Assembly (NCBI GenBank): GCA_024679065.1
Contig: JAGIQG010000021.1
Span: forward strand, 34,100,001 to 34,164,000
Direction: 5' to 3'
DNA: 64,000 nucleotides
Source of the DNA: Sphyrna mokarran
Taxonomy: Eukaryota
In this document: positions 12,030 to 24,612 of the stretch, in pieces
Layout: each line of letters opens with the position of its first letter
Numbering within the stretch: position 1 is the stretch's first letter
Translations under genes and position numbers: made by a program
The notes under the pieces: model-generated
Database searches by the model: none
The model's input: the letters and a program-made list of their open reading frames with translations, nothing else
What the model was told of the DNA's origin: nothing

Positions 12030-14045
12030 GATCACTTTGTCATATCAATTATCATCCCCAACATTACCTCCTTCTGTGTTGACCCAGTGAACATGATCCC
12101 CTAATTTGCTTACAACTACATTTTTCAAATGCACACTATCTGGCCTCTGTCCCTCCATTTGCCACATCATTTTTGCAGCTGCTGATTTGCTCTCCTCTAC
12201 TTTGATACTCTAATGCCCCAATAAAACCATTACTCTCTCTCACCCTGGCCTTTTCCCCAGTCCTGCCCTCCGCTTAAGTGCAAAGAACGTAGATGTGAAA
12301 GGATGTGGTGGACAACTGGTTTATTCACTTACTGCCGGATCAAGCAAGGCAACAGAAAGCACTATCAGATGTCTGATAAATATTTTATTCCTCTATTACA
12401 CACTGTCTTTAAACCCACCTCTCTCACTTACAACAAGTTCAAAGGGGCTCTTTACTAAGATTAAGACAATCCAACCTGCCTTCTGCTGCTTTCTTCCTTT
12501 CTATTAGCTCACTGGGCCAAACTTCCTCTAAAGATCTCACTTGCCCAGCCCTGAACTCGCATCTTTACTGCTGTTACCCCTTCTCATGCTTACCTTGTCT
12601 ACAAGATCAACTGGTTTTTACTAAATTGCTGACCACACAAATTCCCTTCCTGTCTCTTATGTTAGCTCATATTATTAACAGTATTCCCACTTCAGGTACC
12701 GTCATTCTATCTTTTAAATCTGCAATCACCAACCCCTCCTCAAAAATAACAATTCATAACCTCACCACTCATGCAAGTTACCATCCCATCTCTAACCTCT
12801 CTTTCTTCTCCAGATTCCTCGAATACCTTGTCATCTCTCAGATCCATTCCAATCTTTCCCAGAACTCCTATATTTGGCACACTTCTGACTTGTCTCCATC
12901 ACATTACTGATTGGTAAACTTTGCCTCCTCATCCCATGGCTTTCTGATGTAGTTGCCCACACTACCTTCCTCCAACACCTCTATACTACAATCCAGCTGG
13001 TGGTAATGCACCCACCTGGTTCTATCCTTATATATCTAAATCACAGCTAAAATATTTGCAAAAACTTCCCTTCTGCTTTCTTACTGTTACCTCTGACGTC
13101 CCCAAGAATCTAGCCTTTGCCCCTTCATAGTTTTCATCTCAGTGCCTTTAATATTGCCCAGAAAAGCAGCACTTTTTTCACATATGCACTGACACCCAGC
13201 TCTACCTCACCACTACCTCTCTCAATTCCTCCACTGTTGCTAAATTGTCAAAGCTATTTATCCAACATCAAGCACTAGATAAGCAGAAATGTTCTCCACT
13301 TGGAATACTGGGAAGATTGAAATTATTATCTTTGATTCCTGCTCCATTCCCTAACTAGTGACTTCATTCCTTTTCCTGCCAATTGCCTGAGACTAAACCA
13401 GACCATACAAAACTTTGCTGTATCATCTGGCCTTGAGATGAGCTTCTGGTCATATATCCATGCCATCACTAAACTAATTCCACCTCTGTAACATCACCTG
13501 ACCATTCCTGGTCTCAGTTTGTCTCATTTATCCATACCTTTTGTTACCTCCAGATTTGACTACCTGCAACACACGTCTGGCCAGCCAACCTTGCAATTCT
13601 ACCCTTCTTAAACTTGAGGTCATCAAAAATTCTCCTGCATATACCCCTCCTCACGCCAAGCGCTGTTCACTGACCATCCACTTGTTCACTGACCTACGTT
13701 GGCATAATTTTAAAATTTTCTCTCATATTTTCAAATCTCTCGCCAAACTCCCTAACTCCATAATCTCAGGCCCCAGATGTGTGTGCTCACCTCATTCTGA
13801 TCTCATCCCCAATTTTCAGCCATCACTGATGGCTATGCTTTTAACTGACAACGTCCTAAGCTCCAGAATTCCTTTTCCCCTCTACCTCCTTTCCCCATTT
13901 AAGGTATGCCTTAAAACCAACCTCTTTGCCATGAAACCAAATACCATCTTATGCGGCTTGGTATCAAAGTTTGTTGCATAATGCTTCTGTGAATTGCCTT
14001 GGATGTTTTTGTGTAATAAAAGTGCCACATAACTCTAGACCATTG
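12030..14045 (+). mobile_element. Decayed L2 LINE (ORF2 remnant and 3' end)
   Basis: YHPISNLSFFS (cf. YRPISNLPFLSK), YADDTQLY-like tatgcactgacacccagctctacctc, ccttaaaaccaacctcttt 3' motif. Confidence 0.75.
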
Positions 14046-15531
14046 TTAATAAACTGAAAAATGAAACCTACCGAAAACAAAACTATCTCCACAGCTCATA
14101 AATTAAATACAATTTATTGGAAATATATTCAGAACCTTTTAAATTCTCAGCACTCTTATTTACTTAACATTACTTTTAGTGAGTTCAGATAGTGGAAGAC
14201 TTAAAATTCAGGACAAACTCTGGATTCAGTTTGCTCTCCTAGCAAGCTGCAAGGATTTTCACAAGTTTGTTTATTAGCTCCTTGTGGCTATAGACACGCA
14301 ATAAAACTATAGACGTGCTAGCATAAAACAATAGCTGATAACAATACCAAGTGTAAGAAGTGGAAATATTCAGCCCACTTGACTGTAAGATATGCACTGA
14401 TATGATTGCATAGTATTGGAATACAGTTTAGCTTACACTTGCCAATATTATCTCACATAGAAGCATCCAAAACTAGGACTTGAGGTCCAAAATTGGAAAA
14501 ATGATTGATTCTTTACCTTCATAATATAAATTTAAAAAACAAGGTTATTCAAACAGTTCTCAAGGAGGACAGTGACTCCTGTACTCAACTCCCAATCTTC
14601 AAAAAAGATAGATTGGATGGAAGATGTATTAATTAGGTGAAGGATTACAAATGAACTGAATAAGAGAATCTACATGCAGCCGACTCAGTACTGCCATCAG
14701 CAATGGCAAGATGGAAAATATTAACAATATACCTTAGTAATAGAGAAAAAAAACACTCACTTTCTTCAATAGGAGGCATTTTGCTTTCCTGAAACAAACT
14801 GATACTTCTACTCAAAATACCAACGATGTCACAACATATTTCATATGAGTTGTCATGTTTTAAGTATAACCTTGCAAAAGTATAGCACGAAACAAGTATG
14901 ACAAATATCTCAATGCCAAGTCCAATTTCACTGCATTTCAATAAAGGTATACTTAGGACAACTACTGTTAACAATCCAATTTCAACTTCAAGTGGGGTAC
15001 AAATGAAATACAATGCAGCTTCCATTATTTACACTTCATTTCTTTGCTTTTCTAACAGCCATCAGAACTTTTACAGAACAAAGTCTAGTTTGAGGAGTCA
15101 TCCTAATACACACCCAACAATTGCTTTTCTTACTTGTGCTGCATTTTGTTTCAACAAATAAAGCAGCAGGTTTATTACTGTATACAAATCAGTTGCTACA
15201 GGAACAGATTTAGAAAGTTGAAATGGAGAGACAATCTGCTGCATTCAAATCAGACACAAAACTCCAGCTGAGGCTATATCAGTGTTTTGTACACATTTAC
15301 CCTAACCTCTATGCCTCTATTACTTATAAGCTCAGAATCCAATATGCTTTAAACTACTTTCTCAACCTGTCCTGCCATCCTCAATGACTTATGCAAATAT
15401 ACCCCTAAAATATTCAGTTTCTGCTCCCCTACTTTTTAATGCCTGAGACTAAACCAGACCATACAAAACTTTGCTGTATCATTTGGCCCTGAGATGAGCT
15501 TCTGGTCATATATCCATGCCATCACTAAACT

Positions 15532-17095
15532 TTGGACAAACTGTTTCATTTCACATGCTAGATAGATAAGTAACTGGCTTAGTAATAGGAGCCAGTCACT
15601 CTATCTATAACTGATAGAGTAATAGTGGAAGGGTGTTTTTCTAGCTGGAGGTCAGTCACTAGTGGTGTGCCTCAGGGCTCATACTGGGACCTCTTCTATT
15701 TGTAATATATATAAATGACTTGGAAGAGGGAGTAAGTGGAGTGATCAGCAAGTTTGCAGACAATACAAAGATGGCTGGACTTGCGGATAGTGGGGAGCAT
15801 TGTCAGGCGATGCAGCAGGACATAGATAGGCTGGTAGCTTGGGCAGACAGATGGCAGATGGAATTCAATCCTGATAAATGTGAGGTGATGCATTTCGGGA
15901 GAAAGAATGTAGCGGGGAGGTATATGATAAAGGGTAAACCTATTAAGAGTATAGAAACGCAGAGGGACCTGGGGTGCAGGTGAACAAGTCTCTGAAGGTG
16001 GCAGAGCAAGTGGAGAAGGTTGTGAAGAAAGCATATAGTATGCTAGCCTTTATAGGAAAGGGTATAGAGTACAAGAGCTGGCCTTTAATGTTGCAGTTGT
16101 ATAAAACGTTGGTTAGACCTCATTTGGAATACTGCGTCCAGTTCTGGTCGTCCTACTACCGGAAGGACGTGGAGGGAGTGCAGAGGAGGTTTACCCAGGA
16201 TGCTGCCTGGTATGGAAGGTCTGAGTTACAAGGAGAGGTTAGGCAAATTGGGACTGTTTTCCGTAGAAAGACGTAGACTTAGAGGAGATCTAATAGAGGT
16301 GTACAAGATTATGAGGGGTATAGATAGAGTAAACAGAGTTAAGCTTTTTCCTAGGATGAACTCGAATAGCACGAGGGGTCACGGGCTTAGAGTGAGGGGG
16401 GGGTAAGGTATAATTTGGATGCTAGAGGGAGTTTTTTCACACAGAGGCTGGTGGGGGTATGGAATGCGCTGCCAAGTAAAGTGCTGGAGGCAGGCATTCC
16501 GGAGTTATTTAAGGAATACTTAGATGGGCACATGAATGGGAATACAGGGGTATAGGAAACGGATTTAAAATAGGGATCATGAGCCTTGGGAGTCCCTGGG
16601 AAGTGTGTAAATAGATGATAATATTGATGTACTTGTTTTTATCCTACAGGTGCTTTGGTCCACCTTGTTGTCTAACAAGGGGCATACACGCGATTGGTCA
16701 TGAGGGGGCTGCATTTGGAGTTTTTTTTGAGAGTATCCTAGTGCTTCACGTCGTTAGTGTACGCTTGACCTGGACCATTTGATGGGCAACACGACAGCTC
16801 AGTGACTATCGCTGTGCTGTGCAGATGCATGGATTTGGGCCTCCATCTGTGCACATTCTCCCTGTGCTTGCGTGGGTTTTCTCTGGGTGCTCCAGTTTCC
16901 TTCCACATCCCAAAGATGTGCTCAGGCTAATTGGCAAAACAAATTCTCCCTAAATTGTCTCAAATTTGGTTTTTAATCCATAGGTCTATAAACATAGACA
17001 GCGATCACGGGTAGAGGTGGGAACATCGGAGTGGCGGCGCGGGCTCGTTGGGCCGAAGGGCCTGTTTCCCATGCTGTTTTGTTCTTTGTTCTTTA
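15532..17095 (+). mobile_element. 5'-truncated CR1 (frameshifted RT C-terminus) with an extended 3' UTR containing a V-SINE; nested in an older minus-strand CR1 (about 15240-15430 and 17095-17300)
   Basis: SGVPQG, SKFADNTK, WQMEFNPDKCEVMHFG, LYKTLVRPHLEYCVQFWS, RLRGDLIEVYK; V-SINE at about 16790-16950; (gttcttt)n tail. Confidence 0.9.
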
Positions 17096-17894
17096 TTACT
17101 CTGCATTAAAGTTCATCTGTCATGCATCTGTCCATTCTGCAAGCCTGTCTGTATTGTCTTGAAGTCAACCACTATTGCATTTACAATGCAGAATATTTTC
17201 AAGTCTTCAGCTTTTGTGCCCTGTACACCAAAGTCCAGGTTAATAACATATATCAAGAAAAGCAGTGCTCCTTACAGCAGCTCCTGCAGAACTCCCACTA
17301 TATACATAATAAATATGCTGCAGTTTATTTATTCACGTACAGTAAAGAAGGTTAAAGGAGTATAAAAAACATCTCTCAGAAACTGGCCACAAAAGATGGG
17401 AGTCAAGGGGAAATGATTTTATACATTGGAATTTCTATTCCAATTTTATCTTTTGGTCACCAACAAACTGAAGTTATGACATGACAAACATTTGTGGCTT
17501 TATGGTGGTTTCCAATGGAATCACGTAGCGCTCGAGAATCAGCCCTCATAGCTAACTTCAGGAAGTTCGTGACAACGCAACACTATCAAATATCAATATA
17601 ACTTTTCATACTGTTACTGCTTTATTATCAGACCAAACGGCCAGGAAAAAGAATACTCCAATTGGAAATAGATCAACTCACGAATGCCTTCACCAAAAAT
17701 AAGCCAGCAATAGCAATGTTTACATCTTTATCTGCGGAGTTTAAACTGTATCTAATACTTTGATGACAAGCATTAGTGCAACTGACACTTGGGGAGGGGG
17801 AACAGAATTCCCCACACCATGAGGCAGGCTGACTGACGCAATCTCCCTGGGTTTGTCATCACATGGGGGCTGAATTTCTGTCCCATTTCAAAAA

Positions 17895-18635
17895 GTTTTA
17901 TAGTACAGAAGGCCACCATTCAGCCCATCAAGTCTGCACTGGCTCTCTGAAAGAGCATTGTAGCTAGTCCCACTCCCCTACTTTACCACTGTAAACTTGC
18001 ACATTCTTTTAGATAAAAATCCAACTCCCTATTAAATACCTCAATCGAACCTGGCTCCAACGCTCTCTCGGGAAGTGTGTTTTAGGCTCCAGACATCCTC
18101 TGGGTGATTTTGTTTCTCATTACTTTTACTCCTTTTTCCCTTTAATTCTTGATGCTCTCTTCAGTGGAAAGAGTTTTTCACTATTTCCCTTGCCCATGTC
18201 CCTCAGGTTCTTGAATATTGCCTTCAAGTCTTGTCTCAGTTTTTTTTCTCCATGGAAAACTGTCCCAATCATGACTACAGTTCTTTATTCCCAGAATCAC
18301 ACTTGTAAATCTTATCTGTACTTTTTTCAATGCCTTCACATTCTTCGAATATGGTACCCATAACTGAATGCAGTACTCCAGATGAGGCTAAAGATGGGAG
18401 TCACTGCCTGTGATTCAAATTCAATATGATCTCTTGCATACCCCTAATAATAAAGCCCAAGATACAATATACTTTATTAATTACCTTCTCTCAACATACC
18501 CTGCCTTCTTCAAATGGCTTATATACATATACTCCTAGGTCCTTCTGTACCTACATATCTTTCAGAGTTTCTCCCTCTATTTTATACTGTCTCTCCACAA
18601 GCTGCCTGCCGAAACGAATCACTTCACACTTCCTG
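17895..18635 (-). mobile_element. Decayed CR1 3' region
   Basis: ccattcagcccatcaagtctgcac tail, taactgaatgcagtactccagatgagg, aatcacttcacactt. Confidence 0.7.
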
Positions 18636-19105
18636 GCTGCCATCTCTAAGGGGTTGATTGTCCCATTCTCCTTGCTCTGTCCCCACCCAGGGGCTATCTG
18701 TCTCATTCTCTCAGGTCTGTCTCCACTCTGGAGATGTCTATCTGTCCCATTCCCCTGGGTCTGTCCCCACCCAGGAGATGCGTGTCTCTTTCTGTCCCCG
18801 GGTCTGTGACTGTCCCCTCGCTGTCAGCCAATCAGGAGTTAGAATGGAGCCGGCAGCCAAGGGCCGATTCCAATCCCAAGACCAGCAGTTTCAGGCTGGA
18901 TTTTTACCCAGGGACAGTGGGTGTCCCCCGGGGCCGGCTAGAAAGGCCAGGCTGGAACTCCATTCGCTCCAGAGCCCGCCTCCGGGTTAAGGCCGGCAGT
19001 CAGAGACAAGGCGCCGGCCGCTGACAGAGGACGTGGCAGCTCCAGGTAGCGGGAGTCACGCGCGTTCACACAAGGGCGGGAAGAGTAAGTGATCCAGGTA
19101 CCTAC

Positions 19106-19250
19106 CTATACATTGCCGACACGAAACCGCTGCTGCTACCGCCGTTAACCGCTCCGCACCGTCACCGTCATCCTCACCACCCCTCACGACCACTAGCCTC
19201 GCCAACAGCACCACTTCCGGCCTGCGTCTCACTTCCGGTCCCAGCTTCAT
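19106..19250 (-). other. NDEL1: Probable non-coding exon 1 of NDEL1 (5' end approximate)
   Basis: Strong donor TATAG|GTAGGT at 19106/19105 on the minus strand, inside the CpG island and just downstream of the ETS pair. Confidence 0.6.
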
Positions 19251-19499
19251 TGGCCTGCAAAGCGGTGCGCGCAGGCGCAGAGACGGACCACGCCCTCTCT
19301 GACATCACCGTTCGAAACGTCACCCACACCGCCCCGCCCTCTCACCACCTCTCTGACGTCACCCCCATCTGTGCCGGTCGTCACGCCCCCTTGCGCCAGC
19401 GGGGTGGTGTGCGCAGGCGCAGAGGCGGAGCACGGCTTTTCTGACATCAGCGCTCATTAACATCACCCGTCCCGCCCCTTCACTGTGCCAATGGCACAC

Positions 19500-19647
19500 T
19501 CAGTAATAGTCTGGCAACACCAATTTGCCTGACGAAGACGAAAGTCGAAAGCTCGCAGATTTACTATCAAATAAATCGGTTGGATTTAAAATTGGTGTTG
19601 CCGGACTGTTACTGAGTTTACCTCAGTCCAACGCTGGCATCTCTACA
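19500..19647 (+). mobile_element. Fold-back Penelope-like pLTR mini-element (family A) inserted in the NDEL1 promoter
   Basis: 12-bp TSD ccaatggcacac at 19488-19499 and 19648-19659; inverted arms 19500-19526 and 19589-19615. Confidence 0.8.
19522..19561 (+). ncRNA. Minimal type I hammerhead ribozyme with an intact core
   Basis: aatttgc-CTGACGA-a-gac(gaaa)gtc-GAAA-gc-TC-gcagatt: 7-bp stem I, GNRA-capped stem II, palindromic AGCT stem III, predicted cleavage after C19554. Confidence 0.8.
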
Positions 19648-19811
19648 CCAATGGCACACCCCACTGACATCCCACCAATCTGTGTCACCTGCGGAGCGGT
19701 GCGCGCAGGCGCAGAGGCGGGCCGCGCCCTTTGACGTCACCACGCGATGGGGTCTTCTGCCCCCCGTCCCCTCATTGTGCCACAGTATCATTCCCCATCA
19801 CAAGTCCCTTC

Positions 19812-20434
19812 TCATATGGTGTACTGGCCTTCATTAATCGAGGGATTGAGTTTAGGAGTCGGGAAGTAATGCTACAACTTTATAAGCCCCTTGTCAGACC
19901 TCACTTGGAGTACTGTGTGCAGTTCTGGTCACCTCACTATAGGAAGGATGTGGAATCTATTGAGAGGGTGCAGAGGGGATTCACAAGGATGTTACCTGGA
20001 TTGGGAGCCATGCCTTACGAAGATAGGTTGAGGGAGCTAGGTCTCTTCTCGCTGGAGGAACGAAGGTTGAGAGGGGACCTGATAGAGGTTTATAAGATGC
20101 TGAGAGGAATAGATAGAGTGGATTCTTGGAGGCTATTTCCCAGGGCTGAAATGGTCGCTACGAGAGGACACAGATTTAAGGTGCTAGGGGGCAAGTACAG
20201 AGGAGATGTTAAAGGCAAGTTTTTCACTCAGAGGGTGGTGACTAAATGGAATCGACTGCCGTCAGTGGTGGTAGAGGTGAACTCGCTGGGGTCTTTTAAG
20301 AGACTTCTGGATGAGTACATGGGATTTAATTGGATTGGGAGTTACAGATAATTCTATGGCCTGGGAGGTACTAATATGATTAGCACAACTTGTGGGCCGA
20401 AGGGCCTGTGTGTGCTGTAGTGTTCTATGTTCTA
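19812..20434 (+). mobile_element. 5'-truncated CR1 LINE
   Basis: Open frame YGVLAFINRGIEFRS...LYKPLVRPHLEYCVQFWSPHY...LRGDLIEVYK; gttctatgttcta tail. Confidence 0.92.
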
Positions 20435-20574
20435 AGTTCTTAGATCACTGGCTACACCCATATGTGTTTGATCTGCCCTCGATGTTTAATAATAAATCAT
20501 TATTCATGAAACATTAATCACTCTGAAGCTGACCAGTGTTTTCCATTGAATAACTGGCCAAAACACCCTGCTTA

Positions 20575-20720
20575 CTGTCACCCCATTCACCTGACAAAGG
20601 GACAGTGTTCCCAAAGCTAGTGGCATTTGCTACCAAATAAACCCCTTGGACTTTAACCTGGTATTGTGAGACTTCTTACAGTGCTCACCTCAGTCCAATA
20701 CTGGCATCTCCACATCATGA
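20575..20720 (+). mobile_element. Penelope-like pLTR (family A) with a degenerate hammerhead
   Basis: tcac-CTGACAA-agggacagtgttcc-CAAA-gc-TA-gtgg followed by ccaaataaacc..ttggactttaacctggt...gcatctccacatcatg. Confidence 0.7.
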
Positions 20721-20754
20721 CTGCATCTTGATACAGCTCTTCCAGGAAAGAGAG

Positions 20755-21080
20755 AATTGCATTTATATATCACCCTCCCCAACCTCAGGAGTTCCAAAGT
20801 GCTTCACTGCCAATTACATCTTGTGAAAATGTTAGAAACACCCATGCACAGCAAGATCCTATAGCAGCAATTTGATAATAACCTGGCAGTTTTTAATGGT
20901 TAGCTGGGGCCTCTTTGCTCAGGATATTTTACATCCATCTACAACAGCAGCAGAGGACTTGCCTTAATGTTTCATCTGAAAGATGACAGCTCTGACAGTG
21001 TGGCACTGCCACTGTGCTGCATCAAAGAATCAGACTACATTATTGGGCAACTCTGAAATGGAGCATCATCTGTGAATCAA
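20755..21080 (-). mobile_element. Deu-SINE/L2-tailed SINE
   Basis: ttgcatttatat tail; tttcatctgaaagatgacagctctgacagtgtggcact. Confidence 0.55.
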
Positions 21081-21349
21081 ACGAGAATTCTGTAACTGAT
21101 ATTGTTGACAATGGAGGTTGTTTTCCTTTTGGGGATTGGGAACTCAATATCAGGACAATATCGGATCCCGATTCTGCAACAAGTTACATTAACTGCCTGA
21201 CAAGATTTTTCAGTGCCAATCCATGCATGACCAGAGGGCATGCTCATTGTTCAGTTAAGGATGACGGATGGGCTCCTTAGATTAGAGGGTCAATAGCATG
21301 TCCTCCAGCAATGACACCTAAACAGTCCCATCATCTGAGATTTGAGCTG

Positions 21350-23455
21350 CCATTGTATGTAAAGATAGAGGACACTTCTATCTTGAGGCACATCATGAAC
21401 ATTTAAAAATATGGAAATAGAGGTTGCAGAAGCTGGACTGTTTTCATGGTGGGGGAACTTGTAGACCGGGTTATCTCATGACTATGTGACATCTAGTGTC
21501 ACATGGTGGAGGTGCATCAGATTTTCCCAAGACCTTGGACAGAGCACGTGTTATTTTACACCTGCAGATTTAGTTGAATAAATTTATTGTCACTACAGTT
21601 CTTGTTGCAGTCTGGACATGCTGTTAAAGTTACAGTGCTGTAATATCAGAGTTGAATACAAATGCAGAAAGGAACTCTGGCTGATGCCCTCTCCAGAGCT
21701 TTCCTACTCACTATGAACCAGGCTGAATGCAATGTGGATATGGACATAATGGAAACATTGTCCTCTCGTTGCTACCAGGAGCCTAATCAGCAGATATCAT
21801 ATGCATAACAACTGTATGATGTAATAATGAAAGGCTGGCCAGAATCCTCCAGGGAATTTCCTGACGAACTCCTCATATTATTTACCTTCAGAAAAGAACT
21901 CACCACACAAATTGACCTAATCTTGAGTGGCCAATGATTTGTTATTTTGAGTTCCAGCATTAACATACCCAACAGTTGCAACAACGGTCACCCTGGGTTA
22001 GGAGCAATTAAAGCCTGGGCCAAAAATCACTGCATTAGCTGTCTATGTATACTGATATAGACAGAGAAGTCTCAAGACACTCACCTTGTACTGCACTAAG
22101 CCTGTACCAAGCAAAGGAACTGCTACATCTGTGTAAGATCCTGGATCTCCCTTGGGCATTCACAGTGGCTGATATTTTTCAGTGGCTTCTCACTGACTCA
22201 TATTCCAGGTGGTTTGAACTTGACTACCTTCCAAACTCAGCCAGCAGTTTGGTGATCATCAAGTTCAAGGAACACCTTACAGAGACTCATGATGGACAAT
22301 AATCGACAGCTTGTCTCTGCGAAGTTTCAAAATGCTGTACACACCTGGGACTTTGAAAAACATCACAAGCAGCAGCTCCCCCCTCCTCCACTTCCACTAG
22401 CCCTCCTTCCCCCATCATTCACAGTCAAATGGGCCAGCAGAAAGAGTGGTACACTCAAACAAACACCTCTTGGAAAAATGTGCATGGGACCACACTGATT
22501 ACTATGCTGTGTTGATTAGCCTGCGGAATCTTCCATGACAGAGTTTGCCAGGCGTACTAGGATCACGATTCACACTACCAAGACTCTGTTGCAGCCCAAA
22601 GTTGAATCTAATGTACAAAATGCGCTGTTGTAACACAGACTGAGTACCAAGTACAATCGATGTAGTCACAGCCTTAGCCCCCAGCACCAGGCCAAATGAT
22701 CCAGTTCCAGACCACATTTGGCCATGATCTGTTGGTGGTCAACAGTTATGCTTTGCAACCCAATTTCCAACAACAATCAGTACATGCACAATCACTTCCT
22801 CAGAGTTTCACAACCGTCGCCAATGGCTGACACTGCAACTTAGACATCTTGTTTTGATCACAGGCCTCCACACTCACATTCATGTAGATTCTGTTGCGGT
22901 GGGTCCCACGTCTGTACGGCACACATACGCATGACGTGTCTCATGAGTCCAGCAAAATGGACACATACCATAGAACAGTCTCCCCTCCACCTATTGAAGT
23001 TATCACTGGTGTCTGAGCAGACCTAATGCATGATATTGGATTTCATGACCATTTGGGCTGCTTAGAACTGGCAAATGTTTTATTTCGTCTTCTCTGTTGT
23101 TCCATCCCATCACTTGCTGAAAGAAGGGGGTGAAGTGTGCATAATGGACTATGCACCAACTGTGTTTCATTGTTTACACAAACCATTGTATACTGTTAAA
23201 TAGCTAACTGCATTGTAGACACCTGTCTGTATATTGTTGTCATTGTGTACAATGTCACACCTCATATCAGTGAGGGGCCTCAACCAACAGCGGGTTGGGG
23301 GGGGACTGTAGACTGGGTCATCATGTGACAATGTGATGGCGTGGTTAAGTGATGGGAGCGTGCCAGACTGTTGAGCACAATTGCTGCCTTACAGCTGCGG
23401 AGTTGTTAAATAAACTTATTGTTACTACAGTCCTTGCTGTAGTCAGTGTTACATC
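21350..23455 (+). mobile_element. Internally deleted Ty3/Gypsy LTR retrotransposon with both LTRs
   Basis: Similar LTR blocks at about 21450-21634 and 23300-23455 (tgtagac.ggg...aataaa.ttattgt.actacagt.cttg); PPT aaagaaggggg at 23120-23130 then TG; pol remnants ADALSR, KGWP, PW..VADIFQW..DSYSRWFE, MDN..Q..S.KFQ..W.F, SNG.AER. Confidence 0.8.
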
Positions 23456-24361
23456 AAACCATGGAAAATCACAGCACCCTTCTCCAAGCCCCTTTTCTTT
23501 TGTCCTGTGGCCACAGCTGTAATCACTGTGGTATGGAAGCAGTCTGGGTTGAGATGAGGCAGAGGGTGAGGATTAAAAAGCCCACTGGAGTAGAGGCCTA
23601 CTGGTCTACAATGGGACAGCTGCCCACTTGACTGGCTGTGGTTCAGTCACTGCAGGAGACCGCATGTTGATTCAATAATTCCAGTTGGCATGGGAGTGAA
23701 ATCTTAATAGCTGTTTAATTACTTTTATTGGCTACCAGGCACAGGCTAATCTTCCACCAGTGAGCCAATCTTTTCTGAAGTGCTTTGGGATTGGAATAGT
23801 GTCAGCAAATTGTCACGCCAGGCAGAAGTGGGAAAATCCAGACCGACCCATTTCTGGTCTCACCCCCAACAGACTTCAAAACTCCGGCTACATACACTGT
23901 CTTTCTGTTAGAAGTTGTGGTGTAAGAATGGGAGCAGCAGGACTGCAGAATCAGTCAACAATTTAACTTCCGAAGAATGCGAAAACAGCAACAGAGACTG
24001 ATAACTGAGGAATATTCAATGCAGCTCAGTGAACATTGTCTGACTGTGTGGCTTATCTTTGCATTAGGATCAGCACGGTCAGTGAATGCTGCATCTGCTG
24101 CCATCTGTTGTTCTGGTTTCCAGCTTCCTGAAGGTGGTGAAGACATATGTTAACATTATGGCACTGCAATATGAGTGTTAACAACTTTTATTCTACAGTA
24201 TATATGTGCTCTTGTGTGATTACAAAAGGAATAATAATGCCTTTATTCTAAAGCACTAACCAAATTCGCCCTAAAATCAAAGCAACTTTAGTTTTCACTC
24301 AATTTGAGCATTATGGTGAAGTTGTGAAATTCTGTTAACTTTAATTCTGTCCATCAATGTT

Positions 24362-24612
24362 TTAAGTTTAAAGTTTATTTATTAGTGTCATAAGTAGGCT
24401 TACATTAATACTGCAATGAAGTTACTATGAAAATCCCCTAGCCGCTACTCTCTGGCACCTGTCAGGGTACAATGAGGGAGAATTTAGCATGACCACTGCA
24501 CCTAACCAGCACGGAGTATGGGAGGAAACCGGAGCACGCAGAGGAACCCACACAGACATAGAGAGAATGTGCAGATTCGACAAAGTGACCCAAACCGAGA
24601 ATTGAACCTGGT
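24362..24612 (-). mobile_element. V-SINE (HE1-related) with a gtgacactaataaa tail
   Basis: ggaggaaaccggagcac..gagg.aacccac.cagac V-domain. Confidence 0.8.

Larger units (their letters stand above)
18830..19770. promoter_or_regulatory. CpG-island housekeeping promoter of NDEL1
   Basis: CpG-rich; ETS/GABP ACTTCCGG at 19213 and 19231; NRF1 GCGCAGGCGCA at 19269, 19411 and 19703; CRE TGACGTCA at 19354 and 19732; GC boxes near 19331 and 19471; ATTGG at 19249. Confidence 0.85.

Noticed and set aside
18426-19734. Short ORFs across the CpG island
   Set aside because: No recognisable protein similarity; expected by chance in GC-rich promoter DNA
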